A stretch of 62,134 nt of DNA, counting the filler, from Globobulimina sp. (lineage: Eukaryota), in NCBI GenBank assembly GCA_003354225.1. It is 8 parts of 8 records of this genome, joined end to end, with 100 filler letters (N's around TTAATTAATTAA, not from the genome) between each part and the next. Parts side by side here need not be neighbours in the genome. Positions count along the whole stretch, not along the records: positions 15,629 to 23,325 come from PIVH01000130.1; positions 23,426 to 31,110 come from PIVH01000131.1; positions 31,211 to 38,887 come from PIVH01000132.1; 5 more parts are not named here. One strand, 5' to 3'. The position numbers and the translations under genes were made by a program. Positions 21,625 through 33,970 of the stretch are shown here, one piece after another (the first letter of the stretch is position 1; each line of letters opens with the position of its first letter). Below the pieces are notes generated by a model. It saw nothing but the letters and a program-made list of their open reading frames with translations, did no database searches and had not been told where the DNA came from.

Positions 21625-23325
21625 TTATAAACAAGGCAATCCATTATTAATACTGGTACTGGTACATGAATAATTAAATGCACCTCTTCCAAATGCAACA
21701 GTATTTGACAAAACTTCTCCTTCAATGTCCTGTAAATACAAAGAAAACAAGAGATTATTTAGAATCGGAGCATCAACCTCAATGCCAATAATACCAAATG
21801 GATTTGAAGTATCATTCAATTTTCGAAGTGTCACATCTTTAGAACCAATAACCATTGGGAAATGATATAAAAGTGAATCAAAAATAATATTCACACTATC
21901 TCCTGGACATACACCTAATACAAAGCTAACAATATTGCCATCGCACACTCCTTCATTGCTTAATTTAACAATGCTATATTTATAAATAGTAACTGCTGGA
22001 TTCAAAAAATCCGGTTCAATATTTCCAAACAAACGAATGCTATACGCATCACATAGTGTATTACAAGTGTTTGCAGAGTCAGACTCTGTTGGTCGTGATG
22101 TAGGGTCCGGTGTAGGATTTGGTGTCGGAGATTGCGTCGGAAATGGTGTTGTTGGACTGTCTGCAGTTAATCAGTATATATTTATAATTATGAATGTACT
22201 GTAAGTAGAAATATATATACCTGTTGGCTGAGGTGATGGTCGATGTGTTGGTGGCGAAGTTGGATTTGGTGTCGGATACTTTGTTGGATTATCTGTAGCT
22301 GTGGCAGTGGGACTTTGCGTGTGCTCAGATAAAGGATTTACTGTAGGTGAGGTGGCCATGGATGGTGATTGAGACGGTTGCTTTGTGTTTGGATCTAAAG
22401 AAGGAGATGTAGTTGGAATGTGTGTCGGATACTTTGTTGGATTACTAGTATCTGTAGCTGTGGCAGTGGGACTTTGCGTGAGCTCAGAAAAAGGATTTAC
22501 TGTAGGAGTGGTGGATGGTGGTTGAGACGGTTGCTCTGTGTTTGGATCTAAAGAAGGAGATGTAGTTGGAATGTGTGATGGCGATATTGATGGTTTATTG
22601 GATGGACCAACTGTTTAATATGAAAGTAGTGGCAAACAATGATGGTCAGATTTATAAACTTTACAATGTAAATTAACAGGTGGTTAGTCGTGTTGGTAGT
22701 GGTAGTGTAGTTGTTGCAGTAGGATTGTCTGTACAGTACATCATAAATAAATAAATAAATAATTATATACAGCAATACTTTATTTGTTAAACGTACCGCT
22801 TGGCTGCATGATAGGAGATGCAGTTGGAACGTTGGTGTGGGATAGAGATGGTTTATGAGTCCGGGTATTGGTAGGAGATGATGTTGGAGTTGATGTTGGA
22901 CTCGATGTTGGACTCAATGTTGGTATTTGAGTTGGTTGGCTTTTGCATATAATATCACATATTTGAGATGATACAGAATGTATAATATTTGCATAAAATA
23001 AATCATTTATATCGAGGGGGAATATTTTATTTTCATCCATCGTCAAACATTGTAAATAATTGAGTGGATTATCAATACTTTGTTTAAATGCAATATTTAC
23101 AGCAAACACATCAATATTTTCATTAATTATGTTTTGCTCAAATCTATTACAAATATCATCGGAATGTACATTATTTTGAGCACATGAAAATATTAAAACT
23201 TTTTTATCTCTTTGCAATAAATTACTGTCAGCAACAATAAATTGATCAATTCCCGTTTGAAATGCATCCACGACATTTGTAACCTCATTATTTGGAATCA
23301 CATTAACATTCACATCATTACAAGC
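21625..23325 (-). CDS. Multi-exon PT-repeat surface protein with a vWA-like segment (5'-truncated)
   Basis: A...GIDQF...KKVLIFS...IDVFAVNI resembles the C-terminal half of a vWA domain. PT-repeat exons include an internal duplication (about 22280-22430 vs 22450-22575). Probable GT-AG introns near 22735-22795 and 22165-22220. Confidence 0.55.
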
Positions 23326-23702
23326 NNNNNNNNNNNNNNNNNNNNNNNNNNNNNNNNNNNNNNNNNNNNTTAATTAATTAANNNNNNNNNNNNNNNNNNN
23401 NNNNNNNNNNNNNNNNNNNNNNNNNAATAAAATGAAATATGTAAAGAAAGATTTGATTGATTTATTTGAGTCATTTTTTAAATATGAAAAAAATCGAATT
23501 TCTTTAAGTAATATAAAAACACATGCATGGTTTCAAAATTAATTAGCTATAGATAGAGCTTTGTAATATTTTAGTAATTTATAGATAGAGCTTTGTAATA
23601 TTAAAATAAAAAAAAATAAATTACTAAAATTGTTTTACAAATTGCAATGAGATCTTCATCCAAATGAAAAAACAAAATTATTTGGAATCAATTTAGAGAG
23701 AT

Positions 23703-25923
23703 TTAGGAAGCTCTGTTTCCTTTTGGAGAAATAAAATTTGGTATCGATTTAGAGAAACAAAATTTGTCAAATCTAGGAACAGCTATGATTTCTTTTGGAG
23801 TGCTTAAATTTGGTGGAATGTGTGGTATTGTTATGGTTGATGCAGCCGACGATGATATAATATGCGGTTTGTTAACATCTGTCATCATATTATCTGTTAA
23901 CTGAGTCCACCCGCACGACGACAACGGTGATAATATTGACATCAAATTCACTTCAAGTTCAGCCTCACGATCACTTTTTAAATCCATACTATTTCCTGAA
24001 CATTCTGTTTTTGCTTCCTGTCCATAGCTATCATTTACATTTGCTATTAGAACTTCCATTTTATTTATAATATCCTCCAATTTCTCAAAATCTGAATGTG
24101 TTTTTGCATTTTTTACCGCGTTTTGCAAACTGGCAAGCAATGAATGTGTGAATTGATTTTCTCCGTGATACAATGTTCCCATTTTAATAACTTGTTGCTG
24201 CAGCAAATCAGTTTTCGATTTCCCAATATCATCGTCAGAATAATCTGAATCTAACTCAACAGAATTAATAATATGATGCATATGTCGATTTCGTAATTGA
24301 TACTCACATTTACCATTCTTCAATGGCACAACATTGACATTGTCATTTCGTTCGAAACCTATTATCGATAATGATTCAGGTTCGGGATCGCGATCGCGAA
24401 TTACATACTTTCTACGTCTCTTGTTCATGGCAACCAAACTTATAACAACTACGCATAAAACACATACTGTTACTACTATCATGCTCAATATTGGCAAGGG
24501 AATTGGCATTGTATCGTCTCCAAAGTGTGGTTCATGATCGATTTCGTCGAATATGCGCTCTGGTTTCGATTGTTTATATGTCGGTATTGTGAGAGTTGCA
24601 TTGCTAGTGATTGGTTGTGGTGATATTGTGTGGTTTGTTGGATTATTTGTCAGTGATGGCATTGGATAGTTTGTTGTTGGATAATGTGTTGTGTTGTTTG
24701 TTGGATGAATTGTTAGTGCTGAGGATGTCTTATTTGTTGGATTAACCATTGTGGGCGATGTGGGATTATTGGTAGTGGATATTGTTGGTAATGATGTTGG
24801 ATTGTTTGTAGGTGATGGCATTGGGTTATTTTGTAGGCGTAATACTCGGATTATTAGTTGGTGATATTGTTGGTATATTTGTTGGATTATTTGTTGGGTT
24901 ATTTGTTGGTGATGGAGTTGGGTTATTTGATGGTGATATTGTTGGTATATTGTTAGGGTTATTTGTAGGCGAAATACTCGGATTATTAGTTGGTGATATT
25001 GTAATTAGTATATTTGTTGGTGGTGGCGTTGGGTTATTTGTTGGTGATATTGTTGGTGGGATTGTTGGTATATTTGTTGGGTTATTTGTTGGTGATGCAG
25101 TTGGTAATGATGTTGGATTATTTGTTGGCGATTGTATTGGGTTATTTGTTGGGAATTGTGTTGGCTTATTTGTTGGTGATGGCGTTGGGTTATTTGATGG
25201 TGATATTGTTGGTATATTTGTTGGATTGTTAGTTGGTGATTGTATTGGGTTATTTGTTGGCGATGATGTTGGATTATTTGTTGGCGATTGTACTGGGTTA
25301 TTTGTTGGGAATTGTGTTGGCTTATTTGTTGGTGATTGTGTCGGGTTATTTGTTGGGAATGATATTGGGTTATTTGTTGGGGATTGTATTGGGTTTGGGG
25401 CAGATGAACATGATACACTGGAACCGAAACATTGGAATGAATCTGCTGTTGATGTATCTACGTTAATATTGGCACATGACTCGAAATTATTGCCGCATGT
25501 GATGCCGCATTGTGATGTTCCACAATTTAATGTTAATCCTTTACAGATTTCTGATGAAGGAACAGCACTTTGACAAATTACGTTACATATTGCTGCATTC
25601 TCACAATTGATGGTCGCAGATCTACAGTCTTGCCAGTCACTGCAAAGTACTGTGAGATGTGTCGCATTGTTTGAATTAATTGTAGCAGTGTTGCATGATT
25701 CGACTTTACCCGTAACGGCACAGTCAATATTACAGGGATAGCCTGCATTGCAAGTCAGCGTTGTATCATAACAATCTCTCCATGATAAACACGCTAGGTT
25801 GCAGGGTTCGTGTTTGTTTTTGCAACTGCAATCCATTGCTGTCTGACCACAATCAACAGTTTCACTTTGCGACGCTACAAACAGTAGAATTGATAGCGTT
25901 GCTACAAAATAACATGGTGCCAT
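23703..25923 (-). CDS. Cys-rich/PT-repeat type I membrane protein, paralog 1 (one-base frameshift at about 24828)
   Basis: Signal peptide, Cys-rich ectodomain, SPTNNP repeats, TM (ILSMIVVTVCVLCVVVISLVAM), KRRRK and a cytoplasmic tail. ORFs 24826-25923 and 23703-24821 join if one A is removed from ACA AAA TAA CCC (expected ACA AAT AAC CCA). Confidence 0.8.
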
Positions 25924-26176
25924 GAATGGAAAAGTCTCTGCTGTTTTTTTTTACTTACGTGTACCGACTATTGCAAGATTTAAAATGCACGTTTTTATAG
26001 AGAAACGAGCAAATGAAAAAAATAAATTAAATAATAGCACAGTCACAGAAAGAAAGACACTGAAAAATAAACTTTATTATTATAATTAACAAAGAGATTA
26101 AAATAAAAAATAATTAAATACATTATTATTGATTGGATTGGGGCTATTTCTCTTTTGCTGCTATCAATGGATTTCT

Positions 26177-28184
26177 TCAAACAAAATTATATTTTTTTTT
26201 ATGTTTTATGTTTTGAACGAATTCAATTGTGCTTATTCTGTTACTTAAATCTGAGGGGATGTGTGGTATTGTTATTGTTGATGCAGCGGACGATGACATA
26301 ATATGTGGTTTGTTAATATCTGTATGACTCATATTATATGTTGAGCCGTGAAAAGATGTAAATTCAGTCCGTCCGCCCAACGAAAATGGTGATAATATGG
26401 ACATCAAATTCACTTCAAGTTCAACCTCACTTTTTAAATCCATACTATTTCCTGAACATTCTGTTTTTGATTCCTGTCCATAGCTATCATTTACATTTGT
26501 GATTATAACTTCCATTTTATTTATAATATCCTCCAATTTCTCAAAATCTAAGTGTGTTTTTGCATTTTTTACCGCGTTCTGCAAACTGGCAAGCAATGAA
26601 TGTGTGAATTGATTTCCTCCGTGATACAGTTTTCCTATTTTAATAACTTGTTGCTGCAGCAAATCAGTTTTCGATTTCCCAATATCATCGTCAGAATAAT
26701 CTGAATCTAATTCAACAGAATTAATAATATGATTTAGATCTGTTAATTGATACTCATATTTTCCATTCTTCAATGGCACAACATTGACATTGACATTATC
26801 ATTTCTTTCGAATTCTATTATCGATAATGATTCATGTTCAGGATCGTCATTTATATACTTTCGACGTTTCTTATTTTTGGCAGACGAACTGATAACAACT
26901 CCACATAAAACACATACTGTGATCATACTCAATATTAACAAAAACATTGTCATTGTATCATTCACAAATCGTGTAGCAATTGAATGAATTGATTCCAATA
27001 TGCTATCTGGTTTCGAATGTTTATCGATATCTGTTGGCATTGTCTGAGTTGGATACACGTTGCTGGTAATTATGGGTGGTGATATTGCGTTGTTTGTTGG
27101 ATTATTGGTCGCTAATAAAGTTGGATAGTTTGCTGCATTAGCTGTTGTGTTGTCTGTTGGATGCAATGTTGGAGCTGGTGATGGGTTACCCTTTGGATTA
27201 TCAGTAGTTGATACTGAATGATAAACGCAGTGCATGTAAACACGGAATGTGCCAGGAACAGAGGAATGTATCCATTCCGCATTCATATCATGGTTTGGTG
27301 GGAAGTGATTATTTGAAGCATAGGACAATGTATGATGACCCATTGCATTTATATTCCACGCAAATCCATTGTATTCGATATTTTTATCATTTGGAAATTG
27401 TGGAATCACCCATTTGGGTCTATTAAATTTAGGAGTTGCATCCAAAGAATATAAACCGTTAAATTCTGATGAGTTTAATAATTTTAACTTCGAATCCAAT
27501 ATTGTGACTGACATATACTGGCATGATGAGCTTGGAGCAATACTTGGAGAACTTGACGTTGTTGGTGGTGGTATTGGATCATTTGTTGGTGGCGATGTAG
27601 GACTATTTGTGGGTGGCGATGTAGGATTATTTGTAGGTGATGATATCGGGTTATTTGAAGGTGATGGTATTGGGTTATTTGTTGGTAATGAAGGTGTAAA
27701 TACAGCGTCAGGGCACGATGGACATATAAATTGTTTTGTTTGCGGTTGGATGCTAATGGATGTACCATCGCAAGAACCCTGACAATCCATAGAACATAAG
27801 CCTGAATGAATAATATGAATATATTTAACGTTTTTGTATAATGTACTATAGTACCTGACCTATGCCACAATCAAACTGAGCGTTTGTACATCCGTCCGTA
27901 CTGTGAGTGCCACATATTATAGAAACATCGATTGCTGTGTTAGCTATAAAAACAATTCCCTCACATGATCGCTCTCCATTACAAGCTATGGAGCATGGAT
28001 GCGCTGCAGCACAGTATAAAGTTGAATACATACATGCTGCGGTTTCATACGTACATACAAAGTTGCATGATTCACCTGGCTGTAAATCAGTGCATGAACA
28101 AATAGTTTCATCAGCACATTCTATCACAACACTTTGAATGTTGTTCGTTAGTACAAATATAATTAGAAACCATGACCTCGACAT
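26177..28184 (-). CDS. Cys-rich/PT-repeat type I membrane protein, paralog 2 (exons 28184-27860 and 27801-26177)
   Basis: Signal peptide. A 58-nt intron at 27802-27859 gives CGIG|LCSMDC. TM and cytoplasmic tail are nearly identical to those of paralog 1. Confidence 0.82.
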
Positions 28185-28857
28185 TTGACTGCGAAGTTTT
28201 TGACTTTTGGTGTTTTAATATATAGCAGAAAGTTCAAAGAAATGTTTCATTATTATGGGAAATACATGCTTCTGTAAACTTTTCCTTCTATAAACTTTAT
28301 ACATTGTCTCCCCTTCATTGCGAATGCATTGTTATTACCTTATATTTAATCAAATGATCCTTGGCATATTGGAACAAGAAACTGTTATTTTGATATGACA
28401 TTTTATTGACTTTTTTTATAATCCAGCTTACTACCAATGGCATAATAAATATTTGTTGCAATAAAATTACAAATCCAGACCCAACACCATATGGAATCCA
28501 GTTTTCGGTTTATATATTAATAACATGACATAAATAATGGTTCATTTTGGTTCAAATAAAATGAATGATGCTGGAACCAATCAATGAACCTTTCCATGCT
28601 CTCGGCCAATAAATATGTCCATCCTTCCAAATGAATGAACATAACGGAATGTCATATATACTCATAAAGAAATATTTTGAATATAGTTATTGCAAACCAT
28701 CCAATGGCAGATACAAATATTGCATAGAATAGAAACGAATGTTTCATTGTTGAACTATAAGCAAAATATGAGTATGTTGAAAAAAAAACTATAAGCAAAA
28801 TATGAGTATTTTTGAACTTCAAAAAAAAGAAAACTGTCAAAAACCGCCAGGTTGTGA

Positions 28858-29634
28858 ATGGCAGGTAGTACGTTACGCATTGATAATTTTAGAAACAATT
28901 TGAGTGAAAATGGAACGGTTGAATTGCAATGTAAGTTGAAAAAAGTAGGTGGTTCCGATGTACTTAATAATAACAATAGTGTGTCATTGGATATTTGTCA
29001 CGATTTTAACGAATTAAAAACATATATAAATTCACTAAAAATAGTTCATCGAAATTATTTCATTACAATTTTAAATACAAAATGTATCCAAACAATGCCC
29101 AACAAAACAACATTTATTCTGAATACAATAATATTAAATAAAGACATTGGGAAATATACAGCCAATCTAATTGAAAGCATATTATTTGATATAAAATTAA
29201 GTCGAAATATTGTTGACTCGCAACATAAATATTCATTCATTGTTAGATTTATATCAATTCCATTATTTTTAGAGATAGGCAAAGACCAAACATTTGTTAT
29301 TCCAATCAATGAATTGGAGAATCAACATGTTATAAAATTCGTTTTCAAATCGGTGTTAATGCAAAGATATGATATGGTGTTTCCATATGATATAATTTCT
29401 TTATTATTCGATGAATTTATTTTTAATGTCAAAGAAAGTAATCAAGATTTGTCCAAATATTATGGTACAATGACATTACAGCAAATATTGGAACAATTTC
29501 CAACTGAAAAAGATAAAGAAAAATATCTCACAGATAGTGTGTTTATGGATATATTTAAAATGACAAAGAAACAATTTTATGCATTGCAGCCGCGGAAACG
29601 AAAACAAATTAAAAGACAGAAGGGTTTATTTTGA
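28858..29634 (+). CDS. Protein with C-terminal villin headpiece domain
   Basis: KEKYLTDSVFMDIFKMTKKQFYALQPRKRKQIKRQKGLF matches the VHP consensus (YLs.eeF..vFgMt..eF..LP.WKq..lKK..gLF), except that the conserved Trp is replaced. Confidence 0.8.
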   Translation: MAGSTLRIDNFRNNLSENGTVELQCKLKKVGGSDVLNNNNSVSLDICHDFNELKTYINSLKIVHRNYFITILNTKCIQTMPNKTTFILNTIILNKDIGKYTANLIESILFDIKLSRNIVDSQHKYSFIVRFISIPLFLEIGKDQTFVIPINELENQHVIKFVFKSVLMQRYDMVFPYDIISLLFDEFIFNVKESNQDLSKYYGTMTLQQILEQFPTEKDKEKYLTDSVFMDIFKMTKKQFYALQPRKRKQIKRQKGLF

Positions 29635-29870
29635 TTGTTTGCGTCTTGCGTGCAAATTTCCTGTCGCTTCAGTTCAATGTTTGTATCATAATTATCACGT
29701 TCCGATGGCAAATTAGAATTTAGTTAATTAACGTGCACAATATTTGCTTTGCTAAAATCTTATAATTAAAAATATGAAATGCGACAGCCATTTAGTTAAA
29801 CAATACAAGCTTAAAAATACACACATTCACACGCTATATAATAATGTGAATCATATGTTTAAATATATAC

Positions 29871-30836
29871 TCATTCATCACCATCATCAGCCAAAATCTG
29901 CCGAATCTCTTCAGGCGATTTCCCTTTAATTAACGTTGCAATTTTGGCAGCCCCCAAATGTAACAAACTCGCACAACCCAAATAATTGGCACCCAAAATA
30001 ACTTGAAAGATAACTTTTTTTGACAAACTGTTAATATATTCGGCATCCCACTTATCCGCCACAATCCGCTCCATTTTCACACTTCGGATTGGTTTGGCAA
30101 TCTCTTCCGGTTTAACCCCTTTATGATGACCCAAATACCGCAGCACGTGATGCATATTCACATGGCTTACTTTCTTAATTTCGATTATATTGCCACCGCA
30201 ATCCATTCTTGCCCTCAATACTCCACTCAATGAAATATTCACTTTGGGCACTAAAAAAGTGCTATATTTGGTATCCGTATCATCGACGCAGATTAACTCT
30301 GTGTATAAATCTATATTATATCGCGAGTTATAATAATTAATAATGGTACGGATTAAGTCTTTAATCATATATTTGGAGCTAAAATTGTTGCGAATATAGC
30401 CTTGCACCGTGCACACCGCTTTTTTATTATTTAATGGATCGGCCATCATACAATATCCATTTGAGAGTAATTCATTTTTTTCTGTATCGGTTAGCAATGT
30501 TAATTTGTCTTCTTTTGCATCGCAGTCATCCTCAGATAAAGAGGTTATATTTGCGGGATTTGTTTGCAACGAATCGCGCCTTTTTTTGTTGACTATCAAG
30601 GTTTGAATTGAAGAATAAATGTTTTTTCGATGTGTTAAATTTATGATACCATATTCTTTTAGATCTGCTCTGTCCAATGCATTGATGTCAAGGCCTGTTA
30701 TTCCATTTTTGGTGAATGAAGTGGTTAATATTTGTTGGTATGTTTGATATGATGAGTCGAGTGAGATTATCCAGTTGATTAATTCTGGTGTTGTCCAGGA
30801 GACATAGCTTGTGTTTATGTCTGACATTAGTGCCAT
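29871..30836 (-). CDS. SAM domain fused to a Skp1-like domain
   Basis: N-terminal WTTPELINWI...F..NGITG.D...L.RADLKEYGI...HRKNI (SAM). C-terminal VLRYLGHH...KPIRS...KWDAEYI...FQVILGANYL...LLHLGAAKIATLIKGKSPEEIRQ (Skp1). Confidence 0.82.
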   Translation of the reverse strand: MALMSDINTSYVSWTTPELINWIISLDSSYQTYQQILTTSFTKNGITGLDINALDRADLKEYGIINLTHRKNIYSSIQTLIVNKKRRDSLQTNPANITSLSEDDCDAKEDKLTLLTDTEKNELLSNGYCMMADPLNNKKAVCTVQGYIRNNFSSKYMIKDLIRTIINYYNSRYNIDLYTELICVDDTDTKYSTFLVPKVNISLSGVLRARMDCGGNIIEIKKVSHVNMHHVLRYLGHHKGVKPEEIAKPIRSVKMERIVADKWDAEYINSLSKKVIFQVILGANYLGCASLLHLGAAKIATLIKGKSPEEIRQILADDGDE

Positions 30837-30840
30837 GGTA

Positions 30841-30891
30841 AAATTTTACCTCTTTAGAACAGCATTTAAATTTTACCTCTTTAGAACAGCA
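30841..30891. repeat. 24-bp direct repeat AAATTTTACCTCTTTAGAACAGCA, two copies, immediately upstream of the SAM-Skp1 ATG
   Basis: Exact copies at 30841-30864 and 30868-30891. Confidence 0.85.
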
Positions 30892-31212
30892 ACGTCAATG
30901 TAAAGTATGTTTGCTATCATTGAAATAATAACTCTAAAAAAAATAATATGGAATCTAGCAAAAAATAAATAATTTTTTGGATGTGTCATCTACTTTTAAA
31001 AATCTGTAAAACTAAAACGTAATCCTTTCGAACCAATCTACAGGGAAAGTAATTCCATGCAAAAAATGAACAATAATATTTACACTCACACAATGAAAGC
31101 AAAACAAACCNNNNNNNNNNNNNNNNNNNNNNNNNNNNNNNNNNNNNNNNNNNNTTAATTAATTAANNNNNNNNNNNNNNNNNNNNNNNNNNNNNNNNNN
31201 NNNNNNNNNNAG

Positions 31213-31536
31213 AATGGATGGATTTGTATTGATTTTAAAACAATAAAAATTAAGCCAACAAAATACACTCTCAGACATGATACCTTTGGTGGTCGTTATC
31301 TTCGTAATTGGCAGTTTGAAGGAAGTGTTGATGGCTCAAATTGGGATCTTCTCAAAAAACATACAAATGATACAACAATTAATGCAGCAAAACAATGTCA
31401 TTCATGGAACATTTCAAATTGTAATAAATCATATACAATGTTCAGAATATATAACACAGGAAATAATTCAAGTGGTGATTATGACATAAATTGTCATGGA
31501 TTTGAGATTTATGGGCTTTCAACAAATCAAAACTAA
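31213..31536 (+). CDS. C-terminal discoidin/Sad1-UNC-like (HECTD1/BTB-associated) domain fragment
   Basis: Manual translation: NGWICIDFK...PTKYTLRH...LRNWQFEGSVDGSNWDLLKKHTND...FRIYNTGNNSSG...GFEIYG. Not in the ORF track. Confidence 0.75.
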   Translation, partial: NGWICIDFKTIKIKPTKYTLRHDTFGGRYLRNWQFEGSVDGSNWDLLKKHTNDTTINAAKQCHSWNISNCNKSYTMFRIYNTGNNSSGDYDINCHGFEIYGLSTNQN

Positions 31537-32367
31537 ACATCTGCAAAAATATAAATTTGCTATAAAGTAAGTTGATGGGTGGAACAAAAAAGAAATCTGA
31601 ACCACAGATCAAATGTGTGTTCAAGTTTCTGTTTTGGATTTTTTTTAATAGATATATATATTAATTTAAATAAGCAACATATGATACAGCATAACACATT
31701 TGTCAGTTCATATACTCGAAGATAAATTACCGTGAAAACACAGTAATAACAAACAAAATAAACGAAAACGTTATATGTATCACACCACAAAAACAAAAAA
31801 TAAAAAACAAACTCAAGTTTTTAATCTTTTCAAACAATCAGAATCGTTTCAATCAATCAAAAGATGTACCATTGCCACTTCTGCAGTTTATCCATTTCGT
31901 ATTTGTATGCGTAATGGAATCTGTTCTTCCAATCAATCAAGTTTTGAATCAATGGTTTCTGACTATTCCTATTTTCCTTTCTGTTATCTCTATAATCTGA
32001 CCACTTATTCAATGTATTGCGAAAACCCGCTCTCTTATTTTCTTTCTTTACAGCTTTGATTCCGTAAGAGCCTCCGGTTTTCAGCGTCAGATTTTTATTG
32101 GGGTAAGGTGGATGCAAACCGTTTCTGGTGACTGACAAAGGTAAAAATTATATAGGTTTGCCTTCGTTTCTCAGAAACAATAATAATCTGACGTTGAAAA
32201 CCGGATGCTCTTTTCATTTCCCAGCATATATTCCTTCGATCAGGATTCCCGCATTGGGTTTATGGACATTGCCAAATACCCATACAAAGAAAATATGATC
32301 GATCACAAAATAAAAAGTTGCAGCGGTTTTAATTGTTAATGGCTACATACGGAAAGTTCAAGAAGCA

Positions 32368-32967
32368 ATGAAACAGACAATGATTCCAGTATCGATCTAT
32401 CAAATTTGTTATAATTATTATGGCGATTATTATAAGAAAATTGTCGACAGATTCAAAACTGCTCATCATTGGATTACAATCTCAAAGAATGGGAAACGTG
32501 TTACAAGCAATGGTGGTCGTTGGAATGGCAATGCCTTTGGAAGTATAGGAATTGAGGCAAGCAGCAAAAATAGATATAAATGGAAGTTGACATGTAAGCA
32601 AAGGAGTGAGTGGATGTGTATTGGTATTCAATCAAAGTTATCAAACAGGAATGTTTTGGATTTGGATGATATAGATTATGGATATGATGGAGAGGGTGGC
32701 AATAAATGGTATTTAAGAAAAGGTGAAGAATATGGAATTGAATGGGGTTCCGGTGATGTAATTGAAATGAGAGTTGATTTTGAAAAACGAGAAATGGGAT
32801 ATTCAGTAAATGGGATTGATCAAGGAATTGCTTTTACGAATCTACAGTTGGCAAAAAGATATTATTTGGTTGTTTGTATGAATACATTTTGGGAGGGAGA
32901 TAGCATTTTTATAAATGAATTTGAAGAGAAAGAAAATAAAACACAATGTACATGTATAATTATATAA
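32368..32967 (+). CDS. SPRY/B30.2-domain protein with C-terminal CaaX motif
   Basis: YKWKL...MCIGI, YG..W..GDVIEMRVDF....MGYSVNG.DQGIAF; ends CTCIII. An in-frame upstream LIVNGYIR suggests the true start is earlier or disrupted. Confidence 0.7.
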   Translation: MKQTMIPVSIYQICYNYYGDYYKKIVDRFKTAHHWITISKNGKRVTSNGGRWNGNAFGSIGIEASSKNRYKWKLTCKQRSEWMCIGIQSKLSNRNVLDLDDIDYGYDGEGGNKWYLRKGEEYGIEWGSGDVIEMRVDFEKREMGYSVNGIDQGIAFTNLQLAKRYYLVVCMNTFWEGDSIFINEFEEKENKTQCTCIII

Positions 32968-33091
32968 TTTGGAATCATTATTAAATTGACAGCAACGTTT
33001 TCAAAACTGTTTTTACAAATTCAGCAAACGATTTTCATCCCAACTGACGTTTTTACTTATTTGTAAATTTGGAGGGAATAATTCGGCAACA

Positions 33092-33970
33092 ATGGAAGGT
33101 GTTGTTTTGATTACAGGAGGAAGCAGAGGCATTGGCTTTGGTATTGCTCAAATATTAGCATCAAAAGGATATAATTTAATCCTAGCTTACAATTCAAATG
33201 AAAGAGCAGCAATGAAATCAAAACGGTTCTTAATGGACAAACACACAAATATTAAAGTTGAAATTATTGGTGGCGATGTTTATCACATGAATGAAATGAT
33301 AAATTCATATTTAGCTATTATTGAACGATCATTCAACAATAAATTAGTTGGTGTTGTCCATAATGCCGGAGGATATCCAGGGAGATCAACAAAGTCAAAA
33401 TCCGCTTTTAATAATACAATACGTCCGCCATATCCTGGTCAGGTGAAAACCGTTGAAGATGAAGCATGGATTGATTATTATATAAAAATATATGGGACAA
33501 TGTTCATGAAACTATTGGAAAAATGCGCCCCTTTGATGGAGTGGAGAAAAAATAAAGGTGGTGGTAGATTTATATTTATTTCATCGCCCGGAAACAATGC
33601 AAATCAAGCTCCACATTCTGGTTATTTGGCACCTGGATCTGGGAAATCTTTCGGCGAATATTTGGTGAGACAATATGCAAAAATGTATGCACAAAAAAAT
33701 ATCACTGTAAATTGTATAATACCGGGTGTGATTAACACTGATGCTTGGATTAGTCATAAAGACGAGAAACTCGATAAAAATGTGAGTAAAACAGGGGATT
33801 TAGCACGTTTTAAGATGGCTACACAATTAACTCCAATGCGGAGATATGCAGAACCGGCGGAGTTAGGATATTTAGCAGCATATTTATTTTCGAGAAATGC
33901 ATTGTTTTTAACTGGCGTTGCTATTCCGTTTGATGGAGGTTTGCATTTAGGACCAATGTCTAAATTGTAA
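33092..33970 (+). CDS. Short-chain dehydrogenase/reductase, probably peroxisomal
   Basis: TGGSRGIG, VVHNAG, ITVNCIIPG, TPMRRYAEP, G.AIPFDGG; C-terminal SKL (PTS1). Confidence 0.88.
   Translation: MEGVVLITGGSRGIGFGIAQILASKGYNLILAYNSNERAAMKSKRFLMDKHTNIKVEIIGGDVYHMNEMINSYLAIIERSFNNKLVGVVHNAGGYPGRSTKSKSAFNNTIRPPYPGQVKTVEDEAWIDYYIKIYGTMFMKLLEKCAPLMEWRKNKGGGRFIFISSPGNNANQAPHSGYLAPGSGKSFGEYLVRQYAKMYAQKNITVNCIIPGVINTDAWISHKDEKLDKNVSKTGDLARFKMATQLTPMRRYAEPAELGYLAAYLFSRNALFLTGVAIPFDGGLHLGPMSKL

Noticed and set aside
24820-24835. Euplotes-style programmed +1 frameshifting (AAA TAA here, and the two +1 breaks in the glycosidase)
   Set aside because: Other breaks in the window are -1 (SMP-30 at about 43560; T8 run at 2868) or a larger deletion (RT at about 12540), several lie in homopolymers, and conserved housekeeping genes are uninterrupted. 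Sequencing error or decay is simpler. Raw reads would settle it.
24812-25573. Antisense and alternative-frame ORFs over PT repeats (also 15857-16626, 16846-17154, 27369-27782, 40785-41579)
   Set aside because: VG/GD-rich or Q/H-rich shadows of the low-complexity PT-repeat coding strand.
31560-32138. Short ORFs 31560-31796, 31775-32059 and 31857-32138
   Set aside because: Short, overlapping, non-ATG starts and no recognisable motif.
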